Notes under the pieces: generated by a model
Seen by the model: only the letters and a program-made list of their open reading frames with translations
Told to the model about the DNA's origin: nothing
The model's database searches: none
Origin: Candidatus Levyibacteriota bacterium
GTDB lineage: Bacteria; Patescibacteriota; Microgenomatia; Levybacterales; GWA1-39-11
Assembly (NCBI GenBank): GCA_018062815.1
Contig: JAGORM010000001.1
Coordinates: 87,029-151,028, forward strand
Length of the DNA: 64,000 bases
Direction: 5' to 3'
Program-made: the position numbers and the translations under genes
Part shown: one piece after another, positions 1-8,541 of the stretch
Numbering within the stretch: the stretch's first letter is position 1
How the letters are laid out: every line of letters starts with the position of its first letter

Positions 1-1
1 G

Positions 2-565
2 AATTGGAGCAAAGGAGTTGATGGGCAAATGCCAGGTATTGCTGTTGTGTCTGCGATTATTATTGGGCTTTCTGCACTTCGGTTTCCAATATTAGATAGC
101 TCAAATATTATGACATCGCAGCTCGCTTTTATTGTTGCGGGTGCATCATTGGGTTTTCTTTTTTTTAACTTTTATCCTGCAAAGATATTTCCTGGGTATA
201 GTGCTACGATATTAGGTTTTTTGATTGGTATACTGTCTATCTTGTCAGGCGTGAAGCTTGCAACTGCAATATTAGTGATGGGTGTGCCAACAGTTGATGC
301 GCTGTTTACCGTGTTAAGACGTCTACTTTCTAAGCGTTCACCTTTTTGGCATGACAAGGGTCATCTTCACCATCTACTGCTGAAACTAGGATTTTCGCAA
401 AGGAGTATCGCAATTTTTTATTGGGTTATGTCCTGCCTTTTAGGTCTTATAGCGCTAAATCTTTCAAGTCGGGGTAAGTTATTTGCTATAATTTTGTTAT
501 TAGTATTAGTAGGAGGAATTATACTTACCCTAAAGTACTTAATTAAAAAGGAAAAAACTATATGA
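2..565 (+). CDS. Glycosyltransferase family 4 (WecA/MraY-like) polyprenyl-phosphate sugar-1-phosphate transferase, 5'-truncated at window edge
   Basis: Reading frame is open to the window start. Several predicted TM helices and conserved C-terminal cytoplasmic-loop motifs (VDALFTVLRR..., HDKGHLHH) typical of the WecA/MraY family. 4-nt overlap with the downstream UbiA-family gene. Confidence 0.6.
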   Translation, partial: NWSKGVDGQMPGIAVVSAIIIGLSALRFPILDSSNIMTSQLAFIVAGASLGFLFFNFYPAKIFPGYSATILGFLIGILSILSGVKLATAILVMGVPTVDALFTVLRRLLSKRSPFWHDKGHLHHLLLKLGFSQRSIAIFYWVMSCLLGLIALNLSSRGKLFAIILLLVLVGGIILTLKYLIKKEKTI

Positions 566-1506
566 AAGTAGAGTTGTTATATTATGCAGTAAAGCTTTTA
601 AGACCTAGACAGTGGATCAAAAATTTTGCACTTTTTGCAGCTCCTACTTTTGGAGGGCAATTATTTAACCTTGAAACACTATTTCAGATAATTTTAGGAT
701 TTATTGCTTTTTGTTTGCTTGCGTCCTCAACTTATGTTGTAAATGATTTGCTTGATGCCCAAAAAGATAGATTACATCCATTCAAGAAATACAGACCGAT
801 AGCGAGTAGGAAAATCTCAACACCCCTTGCAATTATTATGTTTTTTATCTTAATAATAATTTCGCTAATAATCGCCCTTGAAATTTCTCCTGTATTCTTT
901 TTGATATCGGTTTTGTATCTAATCCTGCAGCTATCATATTCAGTTCTATTTAAGAGTTTAGTTGTGTTTGATATACTATTTATTGCAGCAGGTTATATCT
1001 TGCGTGTTTTTGCAGGAGAAGTTATTTCAGGATATCATTTATCTGTTTGGTTATTGCTTACCACTGTTTCCTTATCGCTATTTTTAGCTGTTGGAAAAAG
1101 ACGTTCTGAGCTGACTCTGTTAAAAGGTGCGACTGGAGCGCATATAGCAGCTGTTAGACAAAGTCTATCTCATTACTCAGACAGACTACTTGATGCATAT
1201 TCCATGATGTTTGCAACGGTAACACTTGTTTTTTATTCACTTTTTACATTTCTTGAGTCAACACGCGGTCTGCATGTCCCAGAAGTGCTTTTGCCTGAAT
1301 TTTTACCTGATTATTTGCAAAGAAAATGGCTGATGATAACCATACTACCGGTTATTTACGGAGTAATGCGTTATATTCAGGATATTTATGAGAAAAGCGA
1401 AGGGGAAAGCCCCGAGCGAGTTCTATTATCAGATAAATCATTATTGTTCTCAGTGATTATATGGGGATTACTTGTTATATTTGTAATATATGTAATTGGA
1501 GGTTAA
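562..1506 (+). CDS. UbiA-family prenyltransferase, decaprenyl-phosphate phosphoribosyltransferase (DPPR synthase)-like
   Basis: N-terminal RPRQWIKNFALFA motif and NDLLDAQKDR (NDxxDxxxD) motif. Polytopic membrane protein of about 9 TM helices. Start overlaps the upstream GT4 gene (ATGA). Confidence 0.7.
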   Translation: MKVELLYYAVKLLRPRQWIKNFALFAAPTFGGQLFNLETLFQIILGFIAFCLLASSTYVVNDLLDAQKDRLHPFKKYRPIASRKISTPLAIIMFFILIIISLIIALEISPVFFLISVLYLILQLSYSVLFKSLVVFDILFIAAGYILRVFAGEVISGYHLSVWLLLTTVSLSLFLAVGKRRSELTLLKGATGAHIAAVRQSLSHYSDRLLDAYSMMFATVTLVFYSLFTFLESTRGLHVPEVLLPEFLPDYLQRKWLMITILPVIYGVMRYIQDIYEKSEGESPERVLLSDKSLLFSVIIWGLLVIFVIYVIGG

Positions 1507-2360
1507 GGTGTGGGCGAAGGTTCTTTTGTTGCAAAATCAGAACTTATATACCCTGTTGTTTGAGAGTTGGGAAGTTGTATTTTATACCATCCGTTTTCCT
1601 CTGAAATTAATGTAAGTATGTCTCCTGGGTTAACCCTTCCAATTTCTTCGGAATTAATATTGGCCGCTTGTCTTACCCTAAGAAAACCTGTAGGTGTGCT
1701 TATTATTTTAACTGTTTCGGGAGTTATTGCGGGAGTGGGAGTAGGGGTAGGTTCACTGCCTGGGAGTACCTCGTCTGAGGAAGGTATTGTTCCTAAAACT
1801 GTTTCAATAACTAGTTTGTATCCTTTTTGCGCTTTTATTCGAATTGTTTTTTTTGCATATCCTCCTTTTTGTATTTCTATTTCGTGGGCAGAATCTGATA
1901 CCCCCTTAATGGATAAGGGTGTTGTTCCCGAGTCAGTTCCATCCATGGATACAAGCGCTCCGCCTGGGATAGAAGAGATAAATAGCTCTGCATCTTGAGC
2001 ATAAATTTTAGACAAATAAAGTGTATAAGATGATGCATAAGATCCGGGCAGAAAGGTTCTATCTACTGCCGTGAGCACGTCTTTCCCTACCTTTATCTTT
2101 GTAGTATATGTGTTTGATGAATCTTGAGGCACTAATTGTAAGGTATAATCCCCTTCATCTACCCGTTCTTGCTCTTCACAAAGACAAAGGGGAGTGTTTC
2201 CTATCAATTTTCCGTTGAGTAAAACTTTAGCTGCGACATTACTCGTTACTTGGAGCGCACCTTTTCCGTGAGGCAAAAAGTTTAAGAAAACCTGAAAGAA
2301 GATAAAAAAGCCTATAAAGATAAGAATAATTGAGAGAATATTAATTATTTTTTGTTTCAT
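1503..2360 (-). CDS. Membrane-anchored PEGA-domain protein with C-terminal bacterial SH3-like domain
   Basis: N-terminal TM helix. Two PEGA-like segments (...IPGGALVSMDGTDSGTTPL...IEIQKGGY). TPTPTP linker. C-terminal GFLRVRQAANINSEEIGRVNPGDILTLISEENGWYKIQL resembles SH3b. Confidence 0.6.
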   Translation of the reverse strand: MKQKIINILSIILIFIGFFIFFQVFLNFLPHGKGALQVTSNVAAKVLLNGKLIGNTPLCLCEEQERVDEGDYTLQLVPQDSSNTYTTKIKVGKDVLTAVDRTFLPGSYASSYTLYLSKIYAQDAELFISSIPGGALVSMDGTDSGTTPLSIKGVSDSAHEIEIQKGGYAKKTIRIKAQKGYKLVIETVLGTIPSSDEVLPGSEPTPTPTPAITPETVKIISTPTGFLRVRQAANINSEEIGRVNPGDILTLISEENGWYKIQLPNSQTTGYISSDFATKEPSPTP

Positions 2361-2581
2361 TTTTTAATATATACCATATTATCAAAGGATACGAATTCAA
2401 ACAAGTAATTAATCAAGTGCAGTTGGGAAAAAAACATGCACTGGTATTGACAAATTGGCAGTCTATGTGATAGAGTGATAATAGATATAAGTTTAAGATA
2501 TCAGTGATAAATATTACTCATTGATAGTTTAAATTTTTAATAAAAAGAATAACACTTTTTGAAAGATTGGAGGTGAAAACT

Positions 2582-3016
2582 ATGGCAATAATTCGTTGGA
2601 ATCCTTGGAATATTGACAGATTTTTTGAAGACGATTTTGATTTACCTACCATCCCTGGAATTTCAAGATTAATGGGTCAAGGGTTAAATCTTTATGAAAC
2701 TGAGGAATCAATAATTTCAGAAGCAGCGCTTCCCGGCGTTTCAGAGGATAAGATTGATGTGACATTTGAGAACGGAGTAGTTCGTGTTACTGCGTCAATT
2801 GAAGATAAGAAAGAAGAAAAGGAAAAACGCAGGTATTTTATGAGTTCAATGACATCCTCATTTAATTATTCATTTAGAATCCCTGAAGGTGTTGTAGAGA
2901 CAAGCGAACCTGAGGCAGTCTTAGAAGATGGAGTGCTTAGATTAACGTTTAAAAAAGTTGTGAAGAAAGAACCTAAGAAAATAAAAGTATCTAAAAAGGT
3001 GAAAAGTATAAAGTAA
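2582..3016 (+). CDS. Small heat shock protein, Hsp20/alpha-crystallin family
   Basis: Alpha-crystallin domain pattern (WNPW..., ...VDVTFENGVVRVTA...LEDGVLRLTF). ATG at 2582 preceded by GGAGGTG at a 6-nt spacing; the track start at 2567 is a TTG. Confidence 0.85.
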   Translation: MAIIRWNPWNIDRFFEDDFDLPTIPGISRLMGQGLNLYETEESIISEAALPGVSEDKIDVTFENGVVRVTASIEDKKEEKEKRRYFMSSMTSSFNYSFRIPEGVVETSEPEAVLEDGVLRLTFKKVVKKEPKKIKVSKKVKSIK

Positions 3017-3039
3017 GATTTACTTAGGGGAAATTACAA

Positions 3040-3068
3040 AAGGCCTCTGGAGTTCTCTAGGGGCCTTT
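3040..3068. terminator. Bidirectional hairpin between convergent hsp20 and metG (AAGGCCTCTGG...CTAGGGGCCTT)
   Basis: Imperfect GC-rich inverted repeat flanked by A-run on the left and T-rich sequence on the right, located between two convergent stop codons. Confidence 0.4.
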
Positions 3069-4491
3069 ATGTTATCCTGGGGAATAAGGGTTCAGAAGAT
3101 TTAATTTTATCACTGCCGAATTGTTCAAGTATTTGATTTGCAGTATTTGGCAGAAACGGTTTAAGGTTAAAGCCTATATGCAGAATTTTTTGTATTAAGG
3201 TGTCTAAGGTTTTGGTAAGCTCCTCATCTTTTTGTTCCCAAGGTTTTTTTTCGTTTATGAATTTATCTGTACTTCCAATAATATCCCATATATATTCAAT
3301 CCCTAAATTTAATTCATAGGTATCAAGGAAATGTGTTATTTCTTTATCAAAAGATGAAGGGATAGTCCCGCCTTTTTTATTATTTTTTTCTGCTAATCTT
3401 GCTACTCTTGCCACTAGATTACCAAGACCATTTGCAAGATCTGAGTTATATACTTCTCTAAATCTATTTTCTGTAAAATCCCCATCAGAATAGGTAGGGA
3501 TTTGAGAGAGCATATAATATCTAAAAGGTTCTAGCCCATATTTCTCAGTCATCTCGAATGGGTCAATCACGTTTCCGAGAGTTTTTGACATTTTTTGTCC
3601 TCCCGATTGCACAAAACCATGAATAAGGATTGATTTTGGTATCTCAAGACCTGCTGATAACAACATGGCTGGCCAGTATACAGTATGAAATCTATTTATA
3701 TCCTTTCCGATTACGTGTAGATTAGCCGGCCACCATTTTTTAAATTCTTTTTCGTCAATCCCATACCCAATTCCGGTTATGTAGATTGCAAGCGCATCAA
3801 ACCAAACATACATTACCTGATCTGGATCGTTTGGAACAGGTACTCCTATATTTTGTGCTCTTTTTTTTGATCGGGAAATGCTAAAATCTTCAAGACCATT
3901 TTTTATAAATGATACTATCTCATTTTTTCTAACGCTAGGAATAATGCGAAGCGTGTCTGATTCAATAAGTTTCAAGAGTGTATTTTGATAATTTGTTAGT
4001 TTAAAAAAATAATTATCTTCTTTTATCTTTTCCGGGATAGTTTGATGATCTTGGCATTTTCCATTTATTAATTCTTTCTCTGTTTTAAAGCTTTCACATC
4101 CAATGCAATAAAGTCCGCTATAGGATTTTTTGTAGATGTCTCCTTTTTCCAGACACAAACTCCACAGTTTTGATACCCCAGGAAAATGATGATTTTTATT
4201 TGATCCTCTCTCAAATATATCCAGATGTATACCTAGCTTTTCATATGAGGTTTTAAAAATTAGCGAATTTTTGTCTAGAAAATCCTGTATTGGGATCCCC
4301 TCTTTTTCAGCCGCTTGAACATTTTTTAACCCGTTTTCATCAGCGCCTGATAAAAGAAGCGTATCAAAGCCTAATAGCTTGTGATAGTTTCTTATTGTAT
4401 CAGCCTGAAAATATTCAAGAGCGTGTCCAATATGAGGTTTTCCATTAACATATGGGATAGCGGTTGTGAGGTAAAACGTATTTTTATTCAT
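3067..4491 (-). CDS. metG: Methionyl-tRNA synthetase, minimal form without C-terminal tRNA-binding domain
   Basis: HIGH motif (PYVNGKPHIGHAL), KMSKS motif (KMSKTLGN), zinc knuckle CIGCESF; 474 aa. Confidence 0.93.
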   Translation of the reverse strand: MNKNTFYLTTAIPYVNGKPHIGHALEYFQADTIRNYHKLLGFDTLLLSGADENGLKNVQAAEKEGIPIQDFLDKNSLIFKTSYEKLGIHLDIFERGSNKNHHFPGVSKLWSLCLEKGDIYKKSYSGLYCIGCESFKTEKELINGKCQDHQTIPEKIKEDNYFFKLTNYQNTLLKLIESDTLRIIPSVRKNEIVSFIKNGLEDFSISRSKKRAQNIGVPVPNDPDQVMYVWFDALAIYITGIGYGIDEKEFKKWWPANLHVIGKDINRFHTVYWPAMLLSAGLEIPKSILIHGFVQSGGQKMSKTLGNVIDPFEMTEKYGLEPFRYYMLSQIPTYSDGDFTENRFREVYNSDLANGLGNLVARVARLAEKNNKKGGTIPSSFDKEITHFLDTYELNLGIEYIWDIIGSTDKFINEKKPWEQKDEELTKTLDTLIQKILHIGFNLKPFLPNTANQILEQFGSDKIKSSEPLFPRIT

Positions 4492-4512
4492 GGATAGAAT
4501 TGTATCATACGA

Positions 4513-4845
4513 TTACTGCTTCCGGAAGCCGAGCTCAACTAGCAGTACAATAATAATCAGTAAGCCTACATATAAGTAACTTGTAAAACCGAAAAGTCTC
4601 AGGAGTAACAGGGAGGAGAGAAAAGTGCCTAAGAGTATTCCTTGCCGTAAATTTATTAAAATAAATGATGACAGGCAGGCAAGTGTGGACAGGAGAAGAA
4701 TAAAAAAAAGAAAAATAGGGGAGAACATAAAAGCTCCAATAGAAAGACTCTCTTCTGGGCTGATAAAAAAGATATAAAAAAGTAGTCCAGTAAAAGATAT
4801 TCCTCCAAGAAGCAGTAATGGTAAAAGTCCTTTTCTTTTCCGCAT
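4513..4845 (-). CDS. Hypothetical small polytopic membrane protein
   Basis: 110-aa ORF with 3-4 hydrophobic helices, tightly packed between pyrF and metG on the same strand. Confidence 0.5.
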   Translation of the reverse strand: MRKRKGLLPLLLLGGISFTGLLFYIFFISPEESLSIGAFMFSPIFLFFILLLSTLACLSSFILINLRQGILLGTFLSSLLLLRLFGFTSYLYVGLLIIIVLLVELGFRKQ

Positions 4846-5664
4846 CTATCTAAAATCGTTTATTCTATTTTTTAATTTTATAGCTTCAGATCGTGCAGAA
4901 TCAGCAAAAAATTTATCTTTTCCTGAAAAAATTATTCCTCTTGCTGAATGGATAATGAGCCCTTTTTTGTTTTTTGTTAATCCTGCTTTTAGTGTATTTT
5001 CTAGATCTCCCCCCTGCGCTCCTATGCCCGGTACAAGAAAGGTCATTGATGGTGCAATTCCACGTAGCTCTGAAAGTTCTTTTGGGTATGTAGCTCCTAC
5101 AACCATTAAACAATTATTATTCCAATTCCAGTCTTTAACTATCATTCTTGCAAGATGTTTATATAGCGGTTCATTGTTTACTAAGAGATTTTGCATTTCT
5201 CCTCCTGATTTGTTTGAGGTTTTAACTAGGATAATATTCCCTTGATCTTTGCGTTCTAAAAACGGTCTAAGAGCTTCTTGCCCTAGATACGGGTGGAGTG
5301 TTATCGCGTTAGCGCCCAGATAATCAAAAGCAAATGTGGAGTAACCTTTATTAGTATTATCTATATCAGCTCGTTTAGCATCTAAAATAGTGGGAATTTC
5401 TGGATATTTTTTTTTAAGATATTCAAATGTTAATTTTAGATCTTCAATTCCCTCTGCTCCTCGGGCTTCATAAAATGCAGTATTTAACTTGTAGCTTGAT
5501 ATTAAATCGTAAGTGTTGTCAATAATTGCCTTATTAAAAGTATATTGTGGATGTTTTCGTGATAGTAAACTTTCTGGAATTTTTTCAAGATCTGAGTCTA
5601 ACCCAATGCATAGAAGAGAATTATTTTTTTCTATAGCATTATTGAGTTTCTCAAGAAATGTCAT
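4846..5664 (-). CDS. pyrF: Orotidine-5'-phosphate decarboxylase (type 2, long form)
   Basis: LCIGLDSD... N-terminus and overall OMP decarboxylase TIM-barrel pattern; 4-nt overlap with pyrE. Confidence 0.85.
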   Translation of the reverse strand: MTFLEKLNNAIEKNNSLLCIGLDSDLEKIPESLLSRKHPQYTFNKAIIDNTYDLISSYKLNTAFYEARGAEGIEDLKLTFEYLKKKYPEIPTILDAKRADIDNTNKGYSTFAFDYLGANAITLHPYLGQEALRPFLERKDQGNIILVKTSNKSGGEMQNLLVNNEPLYKHLARMIVKDWNWNNNCLMVVGATYPKELSELRGIAPSMTFLVPGIGAQGGDLENTLKAGLTKNKKGLIIHSARGIIFSGKDKFFADSARSEAIKLKNRINDFR

Positions 5665-6284
5665 TTTTGTTTTGAAGAGAGATATTTTTTGCCATGTCCC
5701 ACTCGGGTATTGATAGGTACCCCCTCTTTACATAGGGGACATTTTTCCTCTGTCCATGTTTCCACTGGTAATTCCCCAAGTGATATAAAAGGCGCGTTGA
5801 TTGTTTCACCATTTACTAATTTGGGACTTCTATTGACCATAACCAATACAGCAGTAACTCTTCCCCTAGCATTTCTTACAGCGTCAACTACTTTTTTTAC
5901 TGAACCTCCAGTAGTAGTTAAGTCTTCTATAATCAAAACATTCTTATCTTTAACTAGTGAATCATAATTTCTTGTAAATACTTGATTTTTGTTTTCATCT
6001 TTTTCAGTATAAATTCCTAAAATCTCTTTATTTTTAAGTGATGACAAATGATACGCGGTCCATGTAGACAGAATAATTCCGCCAAGTGCGGGTCCTACTA
6101 CAACGTCAACGTCAAGATCTTCGGCTTTTTTTGCAAGAAGCATTCCTACCTGGGACGCGTCTTCAGTATGCGGATATAAAGCATCTTTGTTTATATAGAT
6201 AGAGCCATGTAGTCCGGAAGTATATACAAAATGATCGTCAGTAATAATGGCTCCAACTTTTTTTAAAATATCTAAAACATCCAT
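5661..6284 (-). CDS. pyrE: Orotate phosphoribosyltransferase with short C-terminal CPLCK-containing extension
   Basis: PRPP-binding motif VLIIEDLTTTGGS; N-terminal OPRTase hood region. Confidence 0.88.
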   Translation of the reverse strand: MDVLDILKKVGAIITDDHFVYTSGLHGSIYINKDALYPHTEDASQVGMLLAKKAEDLDVDVVVGPALGGIILSTWTAYHLSSLKNKEILGIYTEKDENKNQVFTRNYDSLVKDKNVLIIEDLTTTGGSVKKVVDAVRNARGRVTAVLVMVNRSPKLVNGETINAPFISLGELPVETWTEEKCPLCKEGVPINTRVGHGKKYLSSKQK

Positions 6285-6293
6285 TTCTAAAAT

Positions 6294-6323
6294 ATTATAC
6301 CATGCACACCCTTTTTATTGGAA
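6294..6323 (-). promoter_or_regulatory. Sigma70-like promoter for the pyrE-pyrF-metG operon (TTCCAA-18-TGgTATAAT), probably leaderless
   Basis: On the minus strand, an extended -10 TGGTATAAT ends 9 nt before the pyrE ATG. No SD is present. Confidence 0.4.
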
Positions 6324-6353
6324 AAGTATTTACGGTATGTTAGAATCAAGTTA

Positions 6354-7442
6354 ATGAATTCAGGTGTTTTTTATGATCCTTTAAAAAGCTATGAGGATAA
6401 TTATGTTCAAGGTCCGTTTGTTGATTTTACCAATAAAAAAGAAATTCGTGATCCTCTTGCGCCTCCCCAATTTAATTATTTAGGTCAAAAAGTGAACCTT
6501 CCTTTCGGAATTCCTGCTGGCCCTTTGTTAAACAGTAACTATATTAAAGCCGCTTTCAATAATGGTTATGATATCGCAGTTTATAAGACAGTGAGGTCTG
6601 AATCATACCCATCCCACCCGTTTCCAAATGTATTGGGAGTGCATATTGAAGGAGATCTTACTCTTGAACGCGCTAAAGAACCAATTCTTGCAGACACTAA
6701 TTACACTAAGCCTATATCAATAACAAATTCTTTTGGTGTCCCATCAAAGGACCCTTCAGTTTGGCAGGAAGATGTACAAAAGGCAATGACATATGTCGGA
6801 GAAGGGCAGGTTTTGGTTTTAAGTTTTATGGGGACTGTAAAGAAGAACCAAACAGAGAAGGAATTTATATCGGATTTTGTTTTAGCTGCACAGCTTGCGC
6901 ATGAAACAGGAGCGTTAATATTGGAAGGAAATTTATCATGTCCTAATATAGGGAACGAAGGATTGGTTTGCTATAACCTAAACATAACAAGAAGAATAGT
7001 TAATGCAGTAAGAGAAAAAATTGGAAGCACACCCTTAATTTGGAAAGTTGGTTATTATGAATCTGACGTGCAGCTTTCTGAGCTTGCTAAAATCGCACAT
7101 GAAACAAACAGTTCGCTTTCCGTAATAAATACTATGCCGGGAATAATTATTGATAGTCACGGAAAGCAGGCATTGCCAGGTAGTCCCGCAAGGCTTAGGA
7201 GTGGTGTTTGTGGAGCATCAATAAAGTGGGCAGGAATAGATATGGTTAAACGTCTTCATAATATTCGTATGCTTAAAGGCTATAATTTTACAATTGATGG
7301 TGTCGGAGGCGTTATTTCACCTGAAGACTATTTTGATTATAAGGACGCAGGGGCAGATGGGGTGTTTTCAGCAACAGGTGCCATGTGGAATGTAAATCTC
7401 GCACATGAAATTAAACAGGAGGTGAAAAAAGGAACTAGATAA
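6354..7442 (+). CDS. pyrD: Dihydroorotate dehydrogenase family (class 1, Cys catalytic base) TIM-barrel oxidoreductase
   Basis: NLPFGIPAGPL...VYKTV substrate/FMN region and NLSCPN catalytic-Cys motif. The track start (6318) is a TTG overlapping the divergent -35, so ATG 6354 was chosen. Convergent 8-nt overlap with pyrC. Confidence 0.7.
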   Translation: MNSGVFYDPLKSYEDNYVQGPFVDFTNKKEIRDPLAPPQFNYLGQKVNLPFGIPAGPLLNSNYIKAAFNNGYDIAVYKTVRSESYPSHPFPNVLGVHIEGDLTLERAKEPILADTNYTKPISITNSFGVPSKDPSVWQEDVQKAMTYVGEGQVLVLSFMGTVKKNQTEKEFISDFVLAAQLAHETGALILEGNLSCPNIGNEGLVCYNLNITRRIVNAVREKIGSTPLIWKVGYYESDVQLSELAKIAHETNSSLSVINTMPGIIIDSHGKQALPGSPARLRSGVCGASIKWAGIDMVKRLHNIRMLKGYNFTIDGVGGVISPEDYFDYKDAGADGVFSATGAMWNVNLAHEIKQEVKKGTR

Positions 7443-8541
7443 ATATAAGGTCAGGTTTTATTACATGTCCAGATCCTAATTTCGCAAGAATCTCCCCATT
7501 TTCGTATACTGTTTCACCTCTTAATAGTACTCTCTTTACTCTTCCATGCATTAGACGGCCTGAAAATGGAGACCAGGCGGATTTTGTAAATAAATTTTTT
7601 TCCTCAAATAAATACTCCTCTTCCAAATCAACCTCAACAGATGAATCCTGATTAGGAAGATGAAATATTTTTTTAGGATTCTCATGACACAAGCGGATAA
7701 TATCTGTTATTTTTAGCATTTTTTGGTGCAGTGCAGTTAATAGAAGCGGAAGGGTAGATTCAAGTCCGGGGACACCGTAGGGAGAAGTGCTTATTGGATT
7801 TTCTTTTTCTTTTTTTGTGTGTGGAGCATGGTCTGATTCTATAACGTCAATTTCATGAAGTTTTTCCCACAAATAAGATACATCAGCTGTCGTTTTTAAA
7901 TATGGTTTCATTTTCCCATAGGACTGCAGTTTTTTTTCATCCTCTGAAGTTAAGAATAAGTGGTGTGGTGTAACCCCGCATGTAATTGGGAGACCTTGTT
8001 TTTTTGCATTTGAAATTTGTATTAGATCTGATCGCAGCGTTATATGACAAAAATGAGTTGGCTTTTTTGTTTTCCTAACATAGCTTATAACTTCATCAAT
8101 CGCGTTGTCTTCAGCGTGTACTAAAATTGGCCCATAATTTTTCGGCCACATTTTAAAGATTTTTTCAAGTGCAATGTTGTTAACTAAAAAATTTCCCGTA
8201 GTTTCATTCAGGTACAATTTGATTCCGAATACGTCTTTTTTAACCTTTTCAAACTCCATTATGTTGTTTCCCTGAGAACCAAAATAAAAACCTACATCGC
8301 ACAGAATATTTGTTTTTGCAAAATTAATTTTATCGTCGAGTAAGCGCTTTGTTGTTATGGGGACTATATTGTTTGGCATATCTAATATAGTTGTAAATCC
8401 GCCTGCAAGTGCTGCCTTTGTACCAGTTGTGAAGTCTTCCTTGTGTGTTTGTCCTGGGGATCTTAGATGAACGTGAATATCAATTAATCCTGGAAGTATC
8501 ATGCTACTCAAAAGTATATTCGCTCCAATGTTTAATCTCAA
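7435..8541 (-). CDS. pyrC: Dihydroorotase (short form)
   Basis: Metal-binding LPGLIDIHVHLR motif near the N-terminus, amidohydrolase fold signatures (DHAPH). 38-nt overlap with the carB 3' end. Confidence 0.85.
   Translation of the reverse strand: MRLNIGANILLSSMILPGLIDIHVHLRSPGQTHKEDFTTGTKAALAGGFTTILDMPNNIVPITTKRLLDDKINFAKTNILCDVGFYFGSQGNNIMEFEKVKKDVFGIKLYLNETTGNFLVNNIALEKIFKMWPKNYGPILVHAEDNAIDEVISYVRKTKKPTHFCHITLRSDLIQISNAKKQGLPITCGVTPHHLFLTSEDEKKLQSYGKMKPYLKTTADVSYLWEKLHEIDVIESDHAPHTKKEKENPISTSPYGVPGLESTLPLLLTALHQKMLKITDIIRLCHENPKKIFHLPNQDSSVEVDLEEEYLFEEKNLFTKSAWSPFSGRLMHGRVKRVLLRGETVYENGEILAKLGSGHVIKPDLIFI

Noticed and set aside
1567-1998. 143-aa + strand ORF
   Set aside because: Lies entirely antisense within the well-supported PEGA/SH3b gene. 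G/V/P-rich translation typical of the reverse frame of a T/P-rich linker.
4913-5245. Two overlapping ORFs (66 aa on the minus strand, 96 aa on the plus strand) inside pyrF
   Set aside because: Embedded in or antisense to a confidently identified OMP decarboxylase gene. No start signals.
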